A DNA stretch of 64,000 nucleotides from Sedimentisphaerales bacterium (lineage in GTDB: Bacteria > Planctomycetota > Phycisphaerae > Sedimentisphaerales > SM23-30), in NCBI GenBank assembly GCA_963663805.2, contig CAXXMR010000009.1, forward strand, positions 256,001 through 320,000. The letters run 5' to 3'. The position numbers were made by a program, and so were the translations under genes. The notes under the pieces were generated by a model, which did no database searches, was not told the DNA's origin, and was given only the letters and a program-made list of their open reading frames with translations. Below are positions 9,824 to 19,880 of this stretch, one piece after another (within the stretch, counting starts at the first letter, position 1; every line of letters starts with the position of its first letter).

Positions 9824-10825
9824 TTGGACAGGCCGACAATACCTATAATCGTTGATACTGATATTGGGGGCGATATTGATGATGCCTGGGCTTTGGCGTT
9901 ATTATTGCAGAGTCCGGAATTTGATATCAAGCTGATTACCACATCCGTGGGGGATACCCTTTCGCGGGCAAAGATTACCGCCAAACTGCTGCAAGCGGCA
10001 GGTCGGTGTGATATTCCGATAGGGATAGGTTTGTCGGACGTGAAAATGAATTGCTATTGCGATTCCTGGGCAAAAGATTATGACCTCGCAAAATATCCGG
10101 GCAAAATCTATACTCGCCGGCAAGTCGCTAGTGTTATTGCTGATACAATAATGCGAAGCGATAGAGAAGTAACGCTTTTGACTCTGGCGCCATTGACAAA
10201 TATTGCGGCTGCTTTGGATGTGGACAGAAGAATCACTTCTCGCTCGCGTATAGCAGGTATGCTGGGCAGTGTTTATGTGGGCTATAACGGAACCACGATG
10301 CCTGCAAAGGAATGTAATGTTGTCAATGATATTGCCTCGGCTCAGAAAATATTTGCCTCAGACTGGGATATTACTATAACTCCGCTGGATACTTGCGGCA
10401 TGGTTAAATTGAAGGGGGAAAATTATCAGAGAGTTTATAACTGCAAACTGCCCTTAATGAGGGCCTTGATGGAAAATTATGAAGTCTGGATTGAGAGACC
10501 AGGCTATGACGTACATCCTTATGCTGTCATCTCCGAACTTCCGGTAATAAGCTCAACGCTGTTTGATACCGTGGCGGTTTATATGGCGTTGAGTACAGAT
10601 TTCCTGGAGATGCAGAGAACGACGCTAACAGTCTCCGATGAGGGTCGCACTGTAGTTGATGAGGGGGGCAGGGAAGTGAATTGTGCGTTGAAATGGAAGA
10701 ATCTAGCTGCTTTTGAAAATTTTATAACCGAGCGTCTTGTAAATGGGGTTTTGAGCCCAAATAGACATTTTGAAGAAGCGGCGGCGAGCAATAGAAGAGC
10801 TGTTAAAATGGCTCGAAAAGTCTAA
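9824..10825 (+). CDS. Inosine/uridine-preferring nucleoside hydrolase family protein
   Basis: VDTDIGGDIDDAWAL (DxDxxxDD), LAPLTNIA, ECNV, PLD motifs; TTG start. Confidence 0.88.
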   Translation: MDRPTIPIIVDTDIGGDIDDAWALALLLQSPEFDIKLITTSVGDTLSRAKITAKLLQAAGRCDIPIGIGLSDVKMNCYCDSWAKDYDLAKYPGKIYTRRQVASVIADTIMRSDREVTLLTLAPLTNIAAALDVDRRITSRSRIAGMLGSVYVGYNGTTMPAKECNVVNDIASAQKIFASDWDITITPLDTCGMVKLKGENYQRVYNCKLPLMRALMENYEVWIERPGYDVHPYAVISELPVISSTLFDTVAVYMALSTDFLEMQRTTLTVSDEGRTVVDEGGREVNCALKWKNLAAFENFITERLVNGVLSPNRHFEEAAASNRRAVKMARKV

Positions 10826-10889
10826 CTCCAGGTTCAGTTACCACTTCTGCTTAGTCGGCGGATTGTTTTCGTCCGCAGAAAAAGAAGGA

Positions 10890-11690
10890 TTAGCGGGCAC
10901 TGAAATTCAGATAATCTTTGGTGTTGCTCAACCATTCCGGCCAGGTGTGTTCGGGCAGATTATACTCGTTCCATTTCCGATGCCATTTCAGGTCCCAAAG
11001 CTCACGCAGGCCGACCTTCTGTACCGACAAATCCATGAAAACCCAGTTGACCGACATGTTGTGGCGGTCCATGCAGAAACGGGCCATGTTATTGCCGGTA
11101 GTTTCGTCCCAGGCGTGTTTGCCGGGGACAATCGAACCCGGTCTGTCATTATAATAAGGATTGTTTGCGAAAGGATAGCTCGCGTCGCCCAGTATGGGGA
11201 TCATGTAGGCGTTACTGAAAACACTCTGCTTCCAGAGTTTGGCTTCGTCGGCCGGGGCCATACTGGTTTGAAAGTCGTTCCAATGGCTTAGAATCCAGTC
11301 ATTTTGCCCATAACTAAAATGCGGGTATGTCTCATTCCATTGCGGAATAAAACCGCCCCAGGCAGCGTGCGGATGTTTGCCGCTTTGATCTTCGGGTATG
11401 ACGGCTTCGGGGCAAAGGTAAAGCTCCTGCTGAGCGCCGATGTAGGTGTCCAGCAGTTCCGGCCAGGCATGTTTCAGGCGAATATTGAACTGGCTGGGGA
11501 ATAACTGCTTGTTGTCTTCCAGATACATCGCGTAGCCCAGCCCCCATTGACGCAGATTGGACATACAGACAACGTTCTTGGCTTCTTTGCGGGCCGAGCC
11601 CAATGCGGGTAAAAGAATTGATACCAGCAAGGCAATGATTGCCACAACTACCAGCAGTTCAACCAGGGTGAAACCTTTACGTTTTTCCAT
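10890..11690 (-). CDS. Prepilin N-terminal cleavage/methylation domain protein (DUF1559-like)
   Basis: [54 protein letters not shown]. Confidence 0.9.
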   Translation of the reverse strand: MEKRKGFTLVELLVVVAIIALLVSILLPALGSARKEAKNVVCMSNLRQWGLGYAMYLEDNKQLFPSQFNIRLKHAWPELLDTYIGAQQELYLCPEAVIPEDQSGKHPHAAWGGFIPQWNETYPHFSYGQNDWILSHWNDFQTSMAPADEAKLWKQSVFSNAYMIPILGDASYPFANNPYYNDRPGSIVPGKHAWDETTGNNMARFCMDRHNMSVNWVFMDLSVQKVGLRELWDLKWHRKWNEYNLPEHTWPEWLSNTKDYLNFSAR

Positions 11691-11744
11691 TGTTCATAAT
11701 CCTTTTGGGGGCCTGCTTACGTTGTTTATGCAAAAGTGTAAGTT

Positions 11745-11782
11745 AAAAAATGCGACGGTGCCGTGTTTAGCGACACCGCCGC
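11745..11782 (-). terminator. Rho-independent terminator-like hairpin between 13423 gene and DUF1559 gene
   Basis: Minus strand GCGGCGGTGTCG-loop-CGGCACCGTCGC followed by ATTTTTT. Confidence 0.55.
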
Positions 11783-11797
11783 CTGGAGGTTTACGTT

Positions 11798-13423
11798 TTA
11801 CGGCCAGATGCCGTTTGCCATCCATTCACTGGCCAGCAGGGCGAAATCTGACAAATCAACCGCACAGTCGTCATTCAGGTCGTATGTCGGCGGGGTGAGG
11901 CATTGAGCTAAACGGAGCCGCAAGTTATCGACATAAATCGTACCTGAGCCGCTGGCCTGGGGACTATTCTTGTCGCCGATACCGATGGTCATGGTGTCGA
12001 TGCTGGTCATGTCCAGAGTTGGGTTGGCGTCGGTGAAATCACTCAGGGCGATACGCCAGATGTTCCAGCTTGGGTCTTGAGTGACTATGGCGTCGTTCTG
12101 AACCAGGGCGGTGTTGGTACCGTCACTCATTTCGACGTACATTTTCTCGCCGGAATTTGCCGTAGCGCCATAGTACCATACTTGCATTTGTACCACGCTG
12201 TAACTGTTGAAATCTTCCCGCAGACCCGTGGCGGTCGTTTCGGAATAGAAAGGCGCGACCGAGTTGTTGTACGCCACCTGCATGGCCTGGCCGCCTTGAG
12301 CAGGGCTGCCGGTCAGGGATACATCCACACCGGCACCTTCGGCCCAGACCAGCTCCAGGTTCGGGTCGCCAACGTAGGTTTCAAATTCTTCTACCGGCAG
12401 AGAGCCGCGGGTGCTAAATGACCAGACATCACCGGTATAGGTTTCCGGGGTATCCAGGTCGATTTCATCGACCCGCCAGTAATAGGTTGCGGCAAAGTCT
12501 ACTTCGCCCAGTTCGTAAGAGGTGGTTTCGATATCATCGGCCACCAGGGCAAGACTACAGGGGTCGGTGCCGAAATACACATCGTGTTTGTCAGCGGTAG
12601 CTCCGGGCTCCCAGGTCAGGGTGACGTAGGGTTCAGGAATAAGTGTACCTATTCCCGGTGAGGGTCCCCAGGCATTGAAGAGGTATTCATTATTGTTGGG
12701 AGAAATGAGGACGGTATCGGTGCCGTCATAAATTACTGTGGGGTCCAGAGTGTCGTCTTCAGCGGTTATCATCTCGGCATCGATCCACGTTTGAATCTGC
12801 GTTCTCTGGTCACCGGCGATTTCCAGTCTGCCATTGCCGCCTATGTCAATAACACCACCCGCGTACATCATAAGATAACCAGTTGTGATTACACCGCCGT
12901 CGAGATTGACATAACTTTCGCTGGCTTCGCTGTCCTGAAAAGGGACAAAAAAACCAGTATTGCTGCCAGTTGTATTGTTGTCACCGTAGATTTCCAGTTT
13001 GCCGGCGGTCATGTTCAGAATACCGATACCGCCGTTATCGCCCAATACCAGGTCACGGGTATAAATGTAAGAGGTCGGGCCGGTAATATTGATTATGCCG
13101 GTGCCCATGGAAACGGTAGCGACATTCCAGTAGCTGGTGTTTTGCATTTCGCCGCCGGTGAATGTCATCGTTGTGGTAACGGGCGTGTTGTATGTTGGTC
13201 CGATGATCTTTCGGGGGTTCACATAGTCGCCTTCTTCAATCAGGATCGTTCCGCCGGCTTCTTCCAGCAGAACCCGTTCGCCTGCATCAGGCAGAGTGTC
13301 AGCGTCCCAGTTTTCCGCGGTCAGCCAGCGGTCGTCGGCTCCGCCTCCGTCCCAGGTTTGGTCAGCGACGGTGTAGGTACTAACCATGGTAACCGCCAGC
13401 AAAACAATCAGGTTTTTCATCAT
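11798..13423 (-). CDS. Secreted protein: WDGGG..W...NW beta-repeat module, FN3-like YYWRVDE domain, CBM-like domain, dockerin-like tail
   Basis: Signal peptide; LTWEPGATADKHDVYFGTD...TYYWRVDE; GTIYVDNLRL; DLNDDCAVDLSDFALLASEWM. Confidence 0.8.
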   Translation of the reverse strand: MMKNLIVLLAVTMVSTYTVADQTWDGGGADDRWLTAENWDADTLPDAGERVLLEEAGGTILIEEGDYVNPRKIIGPTYNTPVTTTMTFTGGEMQNTSYWNVATVSMGTGIINITGPTSYIYTRDLVLGDNGGIGILNMTAGKLEIYGDNNTTGSNTGFFVPFQDSEASESYVNLDGGVITTGYLMMYAGGVIDIGGNGRLEIAGDQRTQIQTWIDAEMITAEDDTLDPTVIYDGTDTVLISPNNNEYLFNAWGPSPGIGTLIPEPYVTLTWEPGATADKHDVYFGTDPCSLALVADDIETTSYELGEVDFAATYYWRVDEIDLDTPETYTGDVWSFSTRGSLPVEEFETYVGDPNLELVWAEGAGVDVSLTGSPAQGGQAMQVAYNNSVAPFYSETTATGLREDFNSYSVVQMQVWYYGATANSGEKMYVEMSDGTNTALVQNDAIVTQDPSWNIWRIALSDFTDANPTLDMTSIDTMTIGIGDKNSPQASGSGTIYVDNLRLRLAQCLTPPTYDLNDDCAVDLSDFALLASEWMANGIWP

Positions 13424-13528
13424 TTCTTGTTCTCCTTCAAAAAAAGTTTTCTCTGTTCTGCGTTAAACAAGCAGCTTGTCAGCTTGTACGATTATATTCT
13501 ATTGATTATTATCGACTTGGGGCAATCC

Positions 13529-13560
13529 CACTTTGCGCCAAATTAGACCCACTTTACGAA
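13529..13560 (-). promoter_or_regulatory. Putative operator of second XylR-type regulator (for 13423 operon)
   Basis: Minus strand TTCGTAAAGTGGGTCTAATTTGGCGCAAAGTG, same 21-bp-period pattern as 9706 and 13701. Confidence 0.6.
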
Positions 13561-13700
13561 CAAGAGATGTTCCTCGACTAAATATTTTATGATTTTCGCG
13601 ATATTCCCAGTGGCTGAATAATACCGATGTTTATTATGTAATACCTAACATACTGTTATATAAGTGGATATGCCAAATTGTTCTGGTGTTCATCGACTTG

Positions 13701-13732
13701 TTCGCAAAATGGTTGTATTTAGTCACGAAATG
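13701..13732 (+). promoter_or_regulatory. Putative operator of second XylR-type regulator (for 13809 operon)
   Basis: CGCAAAATGGT at 13703 and CACGAAATGGT at 13724. Confidence 0.65.
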
Positions 13733-13808
13733 GTAAAGATTTTGGCGAAAAAAATGTTAGAATCAATTAACGACCGAAATAATAGTCTATTTTGTAAAGG
13801 AACCGTAA

Positions 13809-14951
13809 ATGCCTTTAGTCAAACCTCTGGCGAAATTATTGATGGGTATTGTTTTGGCTTTTTCGACGGGTTGTATGTACATACTTGCTGATGATAAGCC
13901 GGCGGGGACAAATGTTTGTGAAAATCTAGTAGTTTATCATTCGCCGGAACAGTTTTGCGGCTGGCCCGCCAATGAGGGGTTGTGGCAGTGGGGTAATGAA
14001 TTGCTGGTTGGGTTTGAGGTTGCCAGTTACGACAAAAATGACAGCGGCCACAGTATCGACCGCCAGAGCCCCAAGGCGATCTATTTCGCTCGCAGTATCG
14101 ATGGTGGCCAATCGTGGCAGGTTGAAAAGCCCGCGGAAATCGCACCGCCTGCTTATCTGGAAGATCCCGACCGTTATAAAACCGGCGAGTTCGCCAGTAA
14201 GAAACTTGCAGGAGCAATAAACTTTGCCCACCCGGATTTCGCTATGAAGCTGCGGGCCCAAAGATTTTATGTTTCCTATAATCGCGGCGGGCAATGGCAG
14301 GGGCCTTACGATTTACCGGATTTTGGCTCGAAGCTTATTATGTGTCGAACTGATTATATCGTGCTGGACAAACATGACTGCCTGATATTCTCAACAGCAT
14401 CTGATTACGGCGGTAATTACGGTCGGAGTTTTGCGGCCCGTACTCGTGACGGCGGACTAAGCTGGGAAATTGAAGGCTGGATGACAGCAGAAGATTTCCC
14501 GCCCGTTGAGTTTGAGCGTTTCGCGTTTTCGATTATGCCTTCTACGATTCGTCTGGACCAGAACACGCTGTTGACTGCTTTGCGTCAGCGGGTGGAAAAA
14601 CGCAAATGGCTGGAATTGTACCGCAGTGGTGACCTGGGTAAAACCTGGAAGTCGGTATCTGAGATTGTCGATAACGTTAATAATCCACCTTCGCTGCTGC
14701 ATCTTGAGGATGGCCGACTTGTGATGGTGTATTGTTTTCGTGGCGAGAAGCCGGGCCTAAGGGCCAAACTTAGTTCCGATAACGGCGAAACCTGGTCGGA
14801 AGAATACGTTCTTCGTGATGATGCCAAAAGCTGGGATATTGGTTATGTCCGCTCGGCCCAACTGCCGGACGGAAAGATTGTGAGTATATATTATTATCAT
14901 ACCGAGCAAATGCCCGAACAACACATTGCCGCAACGATATGGCAGCCTTGA
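13809..14951 (+). CDS. Secreted BNR/sialidase-family protein (possible lipoprotein)
   Basis: FCGWPANEG, Asp boxes SIDGGQSW, TRDGGLSW, SGDLGKTW, SSDNGETW; STGC lipobox-like. Confidence 0.82.
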   Translation: MPLVKPLAKLLMGIVLAFSTGCMYILADDKPAGTNVCENLVVYHSPEQFCGWPANEGLWQWGNELLVGFEVASYDKNDSGHSIDRQSPKAIYFARSIDGGQSWQVEKPAEIAPPAYLEDPDRYKTGEFASKKLAGAINFAHPDFAMKLRAQRFYVSYNRGGQWQGPYDLPDFGSKLIMCRTDYIVLDKHDCLIFSTASDYGGNYGRSFAARTRDGGLSWEIEGWMTAEDFPPVEFERFAFSIMPSTIRLDQNTLLTALRQRVEKRKWLELYRSGDLGKTWKSVSEIVDNVNNPPSLLHLEDGRLVMVYCFRGEKPGLRAKLSSDNGETWSEEYVLRDDAKSWDIGYVRSAQLPDGKIVSIYYYHTEQMPEQHIAATIWQP

Positions 14952-14968
14952 TTTTAAGGGAAATTTTT

Positions 14969-16501
14969 ATGATTAGTATATCCAGAAAAACCATATTAAT
15001 TTTGGCGGGTTGTTTTTCGTTCGTTTCTTTGTCATTTGCGGCGGATTATTACTGGGATGGCGGCGGTTCTGATGATAACTGGATAACAGTGCAAAACTGG
15101 ACCGGGGATATTATTCCTCCACCTGCTGAAAGAGTCATTCTTGACGGTGCAGGCCAGACCATAATTATCGCTTCCGGTGTTAGTGTTGTCCCACGTAAAA
15201 TTCTCGGCCCCTGCGAGAACACCGCGGGAACCGTTACGCTTACTGTTGCTGGCGAACTGACCAACACCAGCTATTGGTATATGGCCCGTGACACCGCCGG
15301 TGTCGGGATATTGAATATCGACGGCGGTACTGTCAATACGCGTGATTTGATTGTCGCCGCGGGGGATTCATATACCGGGATTGTCAATATCGACAGCGGA
15401 CTGCTGAATATCAATGGAGATACCGAGGGTGTTGGTGCTTGTTTTGGCTATGACCCGACTGCCGGCACGACCAGCGGCTCCGCTCAGATTAATATAAATA
15501 GCGGCATACTTCAGGTTTCATTTTTGAATACGATGGGGTCTAATGCTCTTATCAATATTTCTCAGGGGCAAATGATCCTGCCCGGCGACCAGCAAACGCT
15601 GATAGAAAATTATATCAACGCCGGACAAATCATCGGCTATAGCGGTTCCGGTGTCGCGGCGGTCGATTATGATAATCTCAATCCCGGCAAAACGACTGTT
15701 TACGCTTTTGCTGATATTCAGACGGTAATCGCTTCGGTTGATGCCGGATCGACGGTTTATATTCCCGCTGGAACTTACGATGAGGGCAGTTTTAATATCG
15801 ACAAATCTATTACCTTGATAGCTTCTGCCGGCCCGGAAAACACCGTTATAAATATCAGTGGTAATGGCTTGTGTGTTATTTCTGACGATATAAGCATCGA
15901 TGGTTTCACTATTCGCAACCAGACTTTATCGCTAACCTACCTGCTGCGGGTAGGTAGATCTAATACCAATGCCGTTTCGCCGGTAACAAATTTTCGTATG
16001 GAAAATTGCATTCTCCAGACCGACAATCTCACCGACGGCATTACCGTTTATGGCGACAATGACAACGTTGATATCCTTTCCTGCACCATTCATGATTGTG
16101 TAAATGGGATAGTAATCTATGATAACGCTCTCAACGTTTCCATCATCAATAACGATATTTACGAAAATTCCTATGGCATCCGTGTGCTGGGTTCGCAGGA
16201 CCAGCTTGCGATTTTGTCAAACGGTATTTACTGGAACACGAGCTATGCGATTGCCAACTCCGGCACGGTTGCGGTAGTTGCCGAGAATAATTACTGGGGC
16301 CACTATACCGGTCCTTATCATGCCCAGTTAAATCCTGCCGGGCAGGCCAATGCGGTTTCAGACCATGTTAATTTTGAACCATTTCTGGTGGGCTGTTCCG
16401 ATGACCGCTGGAATTTGTGTCCCGCCGGTGATCTTAACAAAGACTGTATGACGAATCTTACCGACCTGGCGATCCTCGCTTCAGGATGGCTCCAAAACTA
16501 A
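14969..16501 (+). CDS. Secreted protein: WDGGG beta-repeat module + right-handed beta-helix + dockerin-like tail
   Basis: Signal peptide from ATG 14969; N-terminus paralogous to 13423 protein; TVYIPAGTY..IDKSITL, AENNYWG; DLNKDCMTNLTDLAILASGWL. Confidence 0.8.
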   Translation: MISISRKTILILAGCFSFVSLSFAADYYWDGGGSDDNWITVQNWTGDIIPPPAERVILDGAGQTIIIASGVSVVPRKILGPCENTAGTVTLTVAGELTNTSYWYMARDTAGVGILNIDGGTVNTRDLIVAAGDSYTGIVNIDSGLLNINGDTEGVGACFGYDPTAGTTSGSAQININSGILQVSFLNTMGSNALINISQGQMILPGDQQTLIENYINAGQIIGYSGSGVAAVDYDNLNPGKTTVYAFADIQTVIASVDAGSTVYIPAGTYDEGSFNIDKSITLIASAGPENTVINISGNGLCVISDDISIDGFTIRNQTLSLTYLLRVGRSNTNAVSPVTNFRMENCILQTDNLTDGITVYGDNDNVDILSCTIHDCVNGIVIYDNALNVSIINNDIYENSYGIRVLGSQDQLAILSNGIYWNTSYAIANSGTVAVVAENNYWGHYTGPYHAQLNPAGQANAVSDHVNFEPFLVGCSDDRWNLCPAGDLNKDCMTNLTDLAILASGWLQN

Positions 16502-16513
16502 AAGGCTGATTAT

Positions 16514-17584
16514 ATGAATTATTCGCGTAACTCAATCTTTGTGCTTTTCATTCTCTTGTTTTGCGTCCTGCCTTTGGCTGCTCAGAGTCAAGATGTGATT
16601 GTTTATTATAATCCCGAAAATTTCTGCGGCTGGCCCGCTAATGAGGGCATCTGGTCCTGGGGCAACGAAATAGTCGTTGGCTTCAATCTCGGCGATTATC
16701 TGTATAATCCCGATGGTCATAGCCATGACCCGTCCGTGCCGCTCCAGACCATCCAGGCTCGCAGTACCGACGGTGGAGAGACCTGGACCGTTGAATACCC
16801 CGAAGCTTTCGCGAACGACAAGCCCTATGAATCCGCCCACGGACACATCAATTTTACGCATCCCGATTTCGCTATGAAGCTTCGCTATCGCCGCCTGTGT
16901 TATTCCTACAACCGGGGACAGTCCTGGTTCGGCCCATTCGAATTACCCAAAATGGACCAGGTCGGCATACGTTCCCGCACGGATTATATGGTTAATTCCC
17001 AGTGTGAGGCTTTGTTTTTTGTTCCCGTTGACAAACCGGACGGCAAACCCGATCGCTGCATGGCTTTCAAGACCAGCAATGGCGGCGGCACTTTCGAATT
17101 CCTTTCCTATATGTCACCCTGTCCGCCGCTGGAAGTTGGCGACGGTGACTATACCACCATGCCCGCGACGGTTAAAGTTGCCGAGAGAACTTATATCAGT
17201 GCCCTGCGTCAGCGTCGCGCTTCGCAGAATAATGTCAAATGGATGGATATTTATCGTTCGGAAGACAATTGCAAGACCTGGCAGTTCCTCAGCAATCCCG
17301 TTCGGGGCCAATGGAATCCCGCCAGCCTCATAAAACTTGCCGATGGGCGAATCTGCCTGACCTACGGCTGGCGAGGCGTGCCGCAAGGTATAAGAGCCAA
17401 ACTAAGCTCCGACAACTGTCAAACCTGGTCCGATGAAATTATCCTCCGCGACGACGGCAAGAGCTGGGATCTGGGCTATCCCCGTTCGGTGCAGCGGCCC
17501 GACGGCAAGGTCGTTACCGTTTACTATTTTACTACTGACGAGAAACCCGAACAGCACATCGCCGCGACGATATGGCAGCCTTGA
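16514..17584 (+). CDS. Secreted BNR/sialidase-family protein, paralog of 13809
   Basis: FCGWPANEG, STDGGETW, shared C-terminus EQHIAATIWQP. Confidence 0.82.
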   Translation: MNYSRNSIFVLFILLFCVLPLAAQSQDVIVYYNPENFCGWPANEGIWSWGNEIVVGFNLGDYLYNPDGHSHDPSVPLQTIQARSTDGGETWTVEYPEAFANDKPYESAHGHINFTHPDFAMKLRYRRLCYSYNRGQSWFGPFELPKMDQVGIRSRTDYMVNSQCEALFFVPVDKPDGKPDRCMAFKTSNGGGTFEFLSYMSPCPPLEVGDGDYTTMPATVKVAERTYISALRQRRASQNNVKWMDIYRSEDNCKTWQFLSNPVRGQWNPASLIKLADGRICLTYGWRGVPQGIRAKLSSDNCQTWSDEIILRDDGKSWDLGYPRSVQRPDGKVVTVYYFTTDEKPEQHIAATIWQP

Positions 17585-17674
17585 TGCAAAGTAGAGAAAA
17601 CAGCATATAACTTGACCGGCGGAAACCGATACGCTATATACAAACATGTTTAATTATAATCGAGCTATCGCAAA

Positions 17675-18859
17675 ATGATAAAAGGGCCTCGAAAAGTCGC
17701 TCTGATGATTGAAGGCTATCGCGGTCATGAACGCGGTTTGCTGCGCGGCATTGCCCGTTTCGCCCGCACTCAGGGTAACTGGCATTTCTATCTCGATAAG
17801 GAAGACCCATTCTTTCGCGACAGTCAGGTCGAAAAGCGAAGTTTTCAGGACAAGCTGCTCACCTGGGGTGTCAATGGGATTATCACACGCTCACCGGAGA
17901 AGGTTCAGGATTTTATTGCTGCGGGACTGCCTGTTGTAATCGTCAAACAGATTGCCGAAAATCCCCAGAACAACGTACTTGTTTTAGATAACACTGCTAT
18001 TGGTACCATGGCTGCCCGCCATCTTATCGAACGCGGCTTTATGCACTTTGGCTATTGTGGTCTGGATGAAATGTTCTGGTCTCATACTCGCGGCCGGAGT
18101 TTTCGGGCTGAGATAAAAAAAATTCAGGCTGATGTGTCGATTTACCATCAGCCCAAGCCGCTGGCATCACTTTCCTGGGAAGAGGAGCAAGACGTAATGG
18201 TCGCCTGGCTCAAATCACTGCCCAAGCCTGTTGGCGTAATGGCCTGTAACGACGATCGGGCTGAGCACGTTATCGAAGCCTGTAAAATCGTCCAGATAAA
18301 AGTTCCCGAGGAAATTTCTGTCATAGGTGTTGACAATGATGAATTGATCTGTGAATTTTCCGACCCGCCTCTCTCCAGCGTAGGCATCAACAGCGAACGA
18401 GGCGGGTATGAAGCCGCCTGGCTGTTGGACAGTCTCATGAGGCAATACCGCTATGAAAACAATCAAATTATAATCAGGCCCACCGAAGTCGTAACCCGCC
18501 AGTCAACCGATACTCTTCCTGTTGAGGATCAGGACGTGGCCCGGGCCCTGAATTTTATTCGACAGCACGCCCGTATGGATATTCAGGTCGAGCACGTAGC
18601 CGAAGAGGTCGGCCTCAGCCTGCGCGTCCTCCAGAAGCGATTCAAAAAAGTCCTCAATCGTTCCCTGCGTGACGAAATCAAAAGCGTCTGTTCCAACCAA
18701 ATTAAAAAAATGCTTCTGGAGACAAACCTCACTATTTCCCAGATTACCGATATTCTCGGCTATTCCAGCAGTCACGCCCTGGCCCGCTTCTTCCGCAAAG
18801 AAACGAAAATGAGCCCCGGCGAATTCCGCAAAAAATATGTACTTGTGAAGCGGCCTTAG
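17675..18859 (+). CDS. XylR-type transcriptional regulator
   Basis: KVALMIEGYRGHERGLLRGI, WLKSLPKPVGVMACNDDRA, VPEEISVIGVDND, AraC HTH. Confidence 0.9.
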   Translation: MIKGPRKVALMIEGYRGHERGLLRGIARFARTQGNWHFYLDKEDPFFRDSQVEKRSFQDKLLTWGVNGIITRSPEKVQDFIAAGLPVVIVKQIAENPQNNVLVLDNTAIGTMAARHLIERGFMHFGYCGLDEMFWSHTRGRSFRAEIKKIQADVSIYHQPKPLASLSWEEEQDVMVAWLKSLPKPVGVMACNDDRAEHVIEACKIVQIKVPEEISVIGVDNDELICEFSDPPLSSVGINSERGGYEAAWLLDSLMRQYRYENNQIIIRPTEVVTRQSTDTLPVEDQDVARALNFIRQHARMDIQVEHVAEEVGLSLRVLQKRFKKVLNRSLRDEIKSVCSNQIKKMLLETNLTISQITDILGYSSSHALARFFRKETKMSPGEFRKKYVLVKRP

Positions 18860-18860
18860 C

Positions 18861-18885
18861 AAAAAAACGGCCTCTGGCCAGGCCG
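18861..18885 (-). terminator. Terminator for convergent minus-strand operon
   Basis: CGGCCT-CTGGCC-AGGCCG hairpin with A7 run on its left (U tail on minus strand). Confidence 0.45.
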
Positions 18886-18941
18886 AAGTTTAACACGTTG
18901 AGGCCTTCAGCAAGTTTAACCACACCGATTTGCTTGCCGGG

Positions 18942-19865
18942 TCAGGCATAGTTTAGTTTGCGAGGCGGGGTGGTGGTTAGCTGCTGCATGTCAAGAAAGA
19001 GACGTATGAGGGTCTGGCGGTCTTTTTCCTCGAAGGGGTTGGTTTCCATACGGCAGGTGAGGCCCATTTTAACCCCTCTAAGTTTTAGGAAATATTTGGC
19101 GGCGCAAGGGTAAGTTTTGCAGAAAGATTGTTCGCCGGCGATAATAAAATCCATCTTGGCGGGATTATAGTTTTCTTTATCGAAATTCCGCCAGACGCTT
19201 TGGAGCAGTTCGGGGTAGAGATTGGCCGCGGTGCCGCAATAGCCGTGGCCGCCGGCTTTGTAGGAGTCTACCAAAGTATGGACGTTGGCGTTATAAAAGT
19301 TCAGGGTTGAATCTTTGACGGCGGTGAGTTTGTCTTTGATCTGGTTTATTTCGCAGCAGGTGTCCTTATGGAAAAACACACGGCCGGTCTGGCTGATATA
19401 ACTCATTTCTTCGGGGGTGAGCAGACGTTTGAAGGGGAACGGGGATTCGTAGATACCCAAAGGAACGTCGGTCAGGTCGAGCAGCTTGAAAAAACTGTCA
19501 CGCCATTGCTGAGGGGTAGAGTCCTGGGGACAAATCTGGTTGGTGGTTATTACTACGGCCTGGACACCAGTATCGGCGATCTCGCGGACGAAATCAGCTT
19601 GCTGCTGAATCGAGCCTTGAAAGACAGCGCCGCCGACAACACCGGCTCGCCCGTTGACGTGCTTGACGGTTTCGCGGCAGAGAGTGATGATCTCTTCTTT
19701 GGAAAGGAACATTACCTCACTGGAAGAACAGGCGGCGAACAGGCCGTCGCAACCGTGCTGGAGGTAAAAATCGGTCAGATGCTTCAGGCCGTCGAGGTCG
19801 ATTGATTTGTCGTCATGGAAGGCGGTCAGCATTACTGACCAGATGCCTTGGGGTAAGTTATTCAT
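18942..19865 (-). CDS. Dihydrodipicolinate synthase / N-acetylneuraminate lyase family aldolase
   Basis: GIWSVMLTAF..DKSID, GLFAACSSSE, GIYESP, HKDT Schiff-base Lys region. Confidence 0.85.
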   Translation of the reverse strand: MNNLPQGIWSVMLTAFHDDKSIDLDGLKHLTDFYLQHGCDGLFAACSSSEVMFLSKEEIITLCRETVKHVNGRAGVVGGAVFQGSIQQQADFVREIADTGVQAVVITTNQICPQDSTPQQWRDSFFKLLDLTDVPLGIYESPFPFKRLLTPEEMSYISQTGRVFFHKDTCCEINQIKDKLTAVKDSTLNFYNANVHTLVDSYKAGGHGYCGTAANLYPELLQSVWRNFDKENYNPAKMDFIIAGEQSFCKTYPCAAKYFLKLRGVKMGLTCRMETNPFEEKDRQTLIRLFLDMQQLTTTPPRKLNYA

Positions 19866-19880
19866 TATAAATCCTGTGTA

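Noticed and set aside
12791..13546. 251-aa + strand ORF
   Set aside because: Antisense to the well-supported secreted protein 11798-13423
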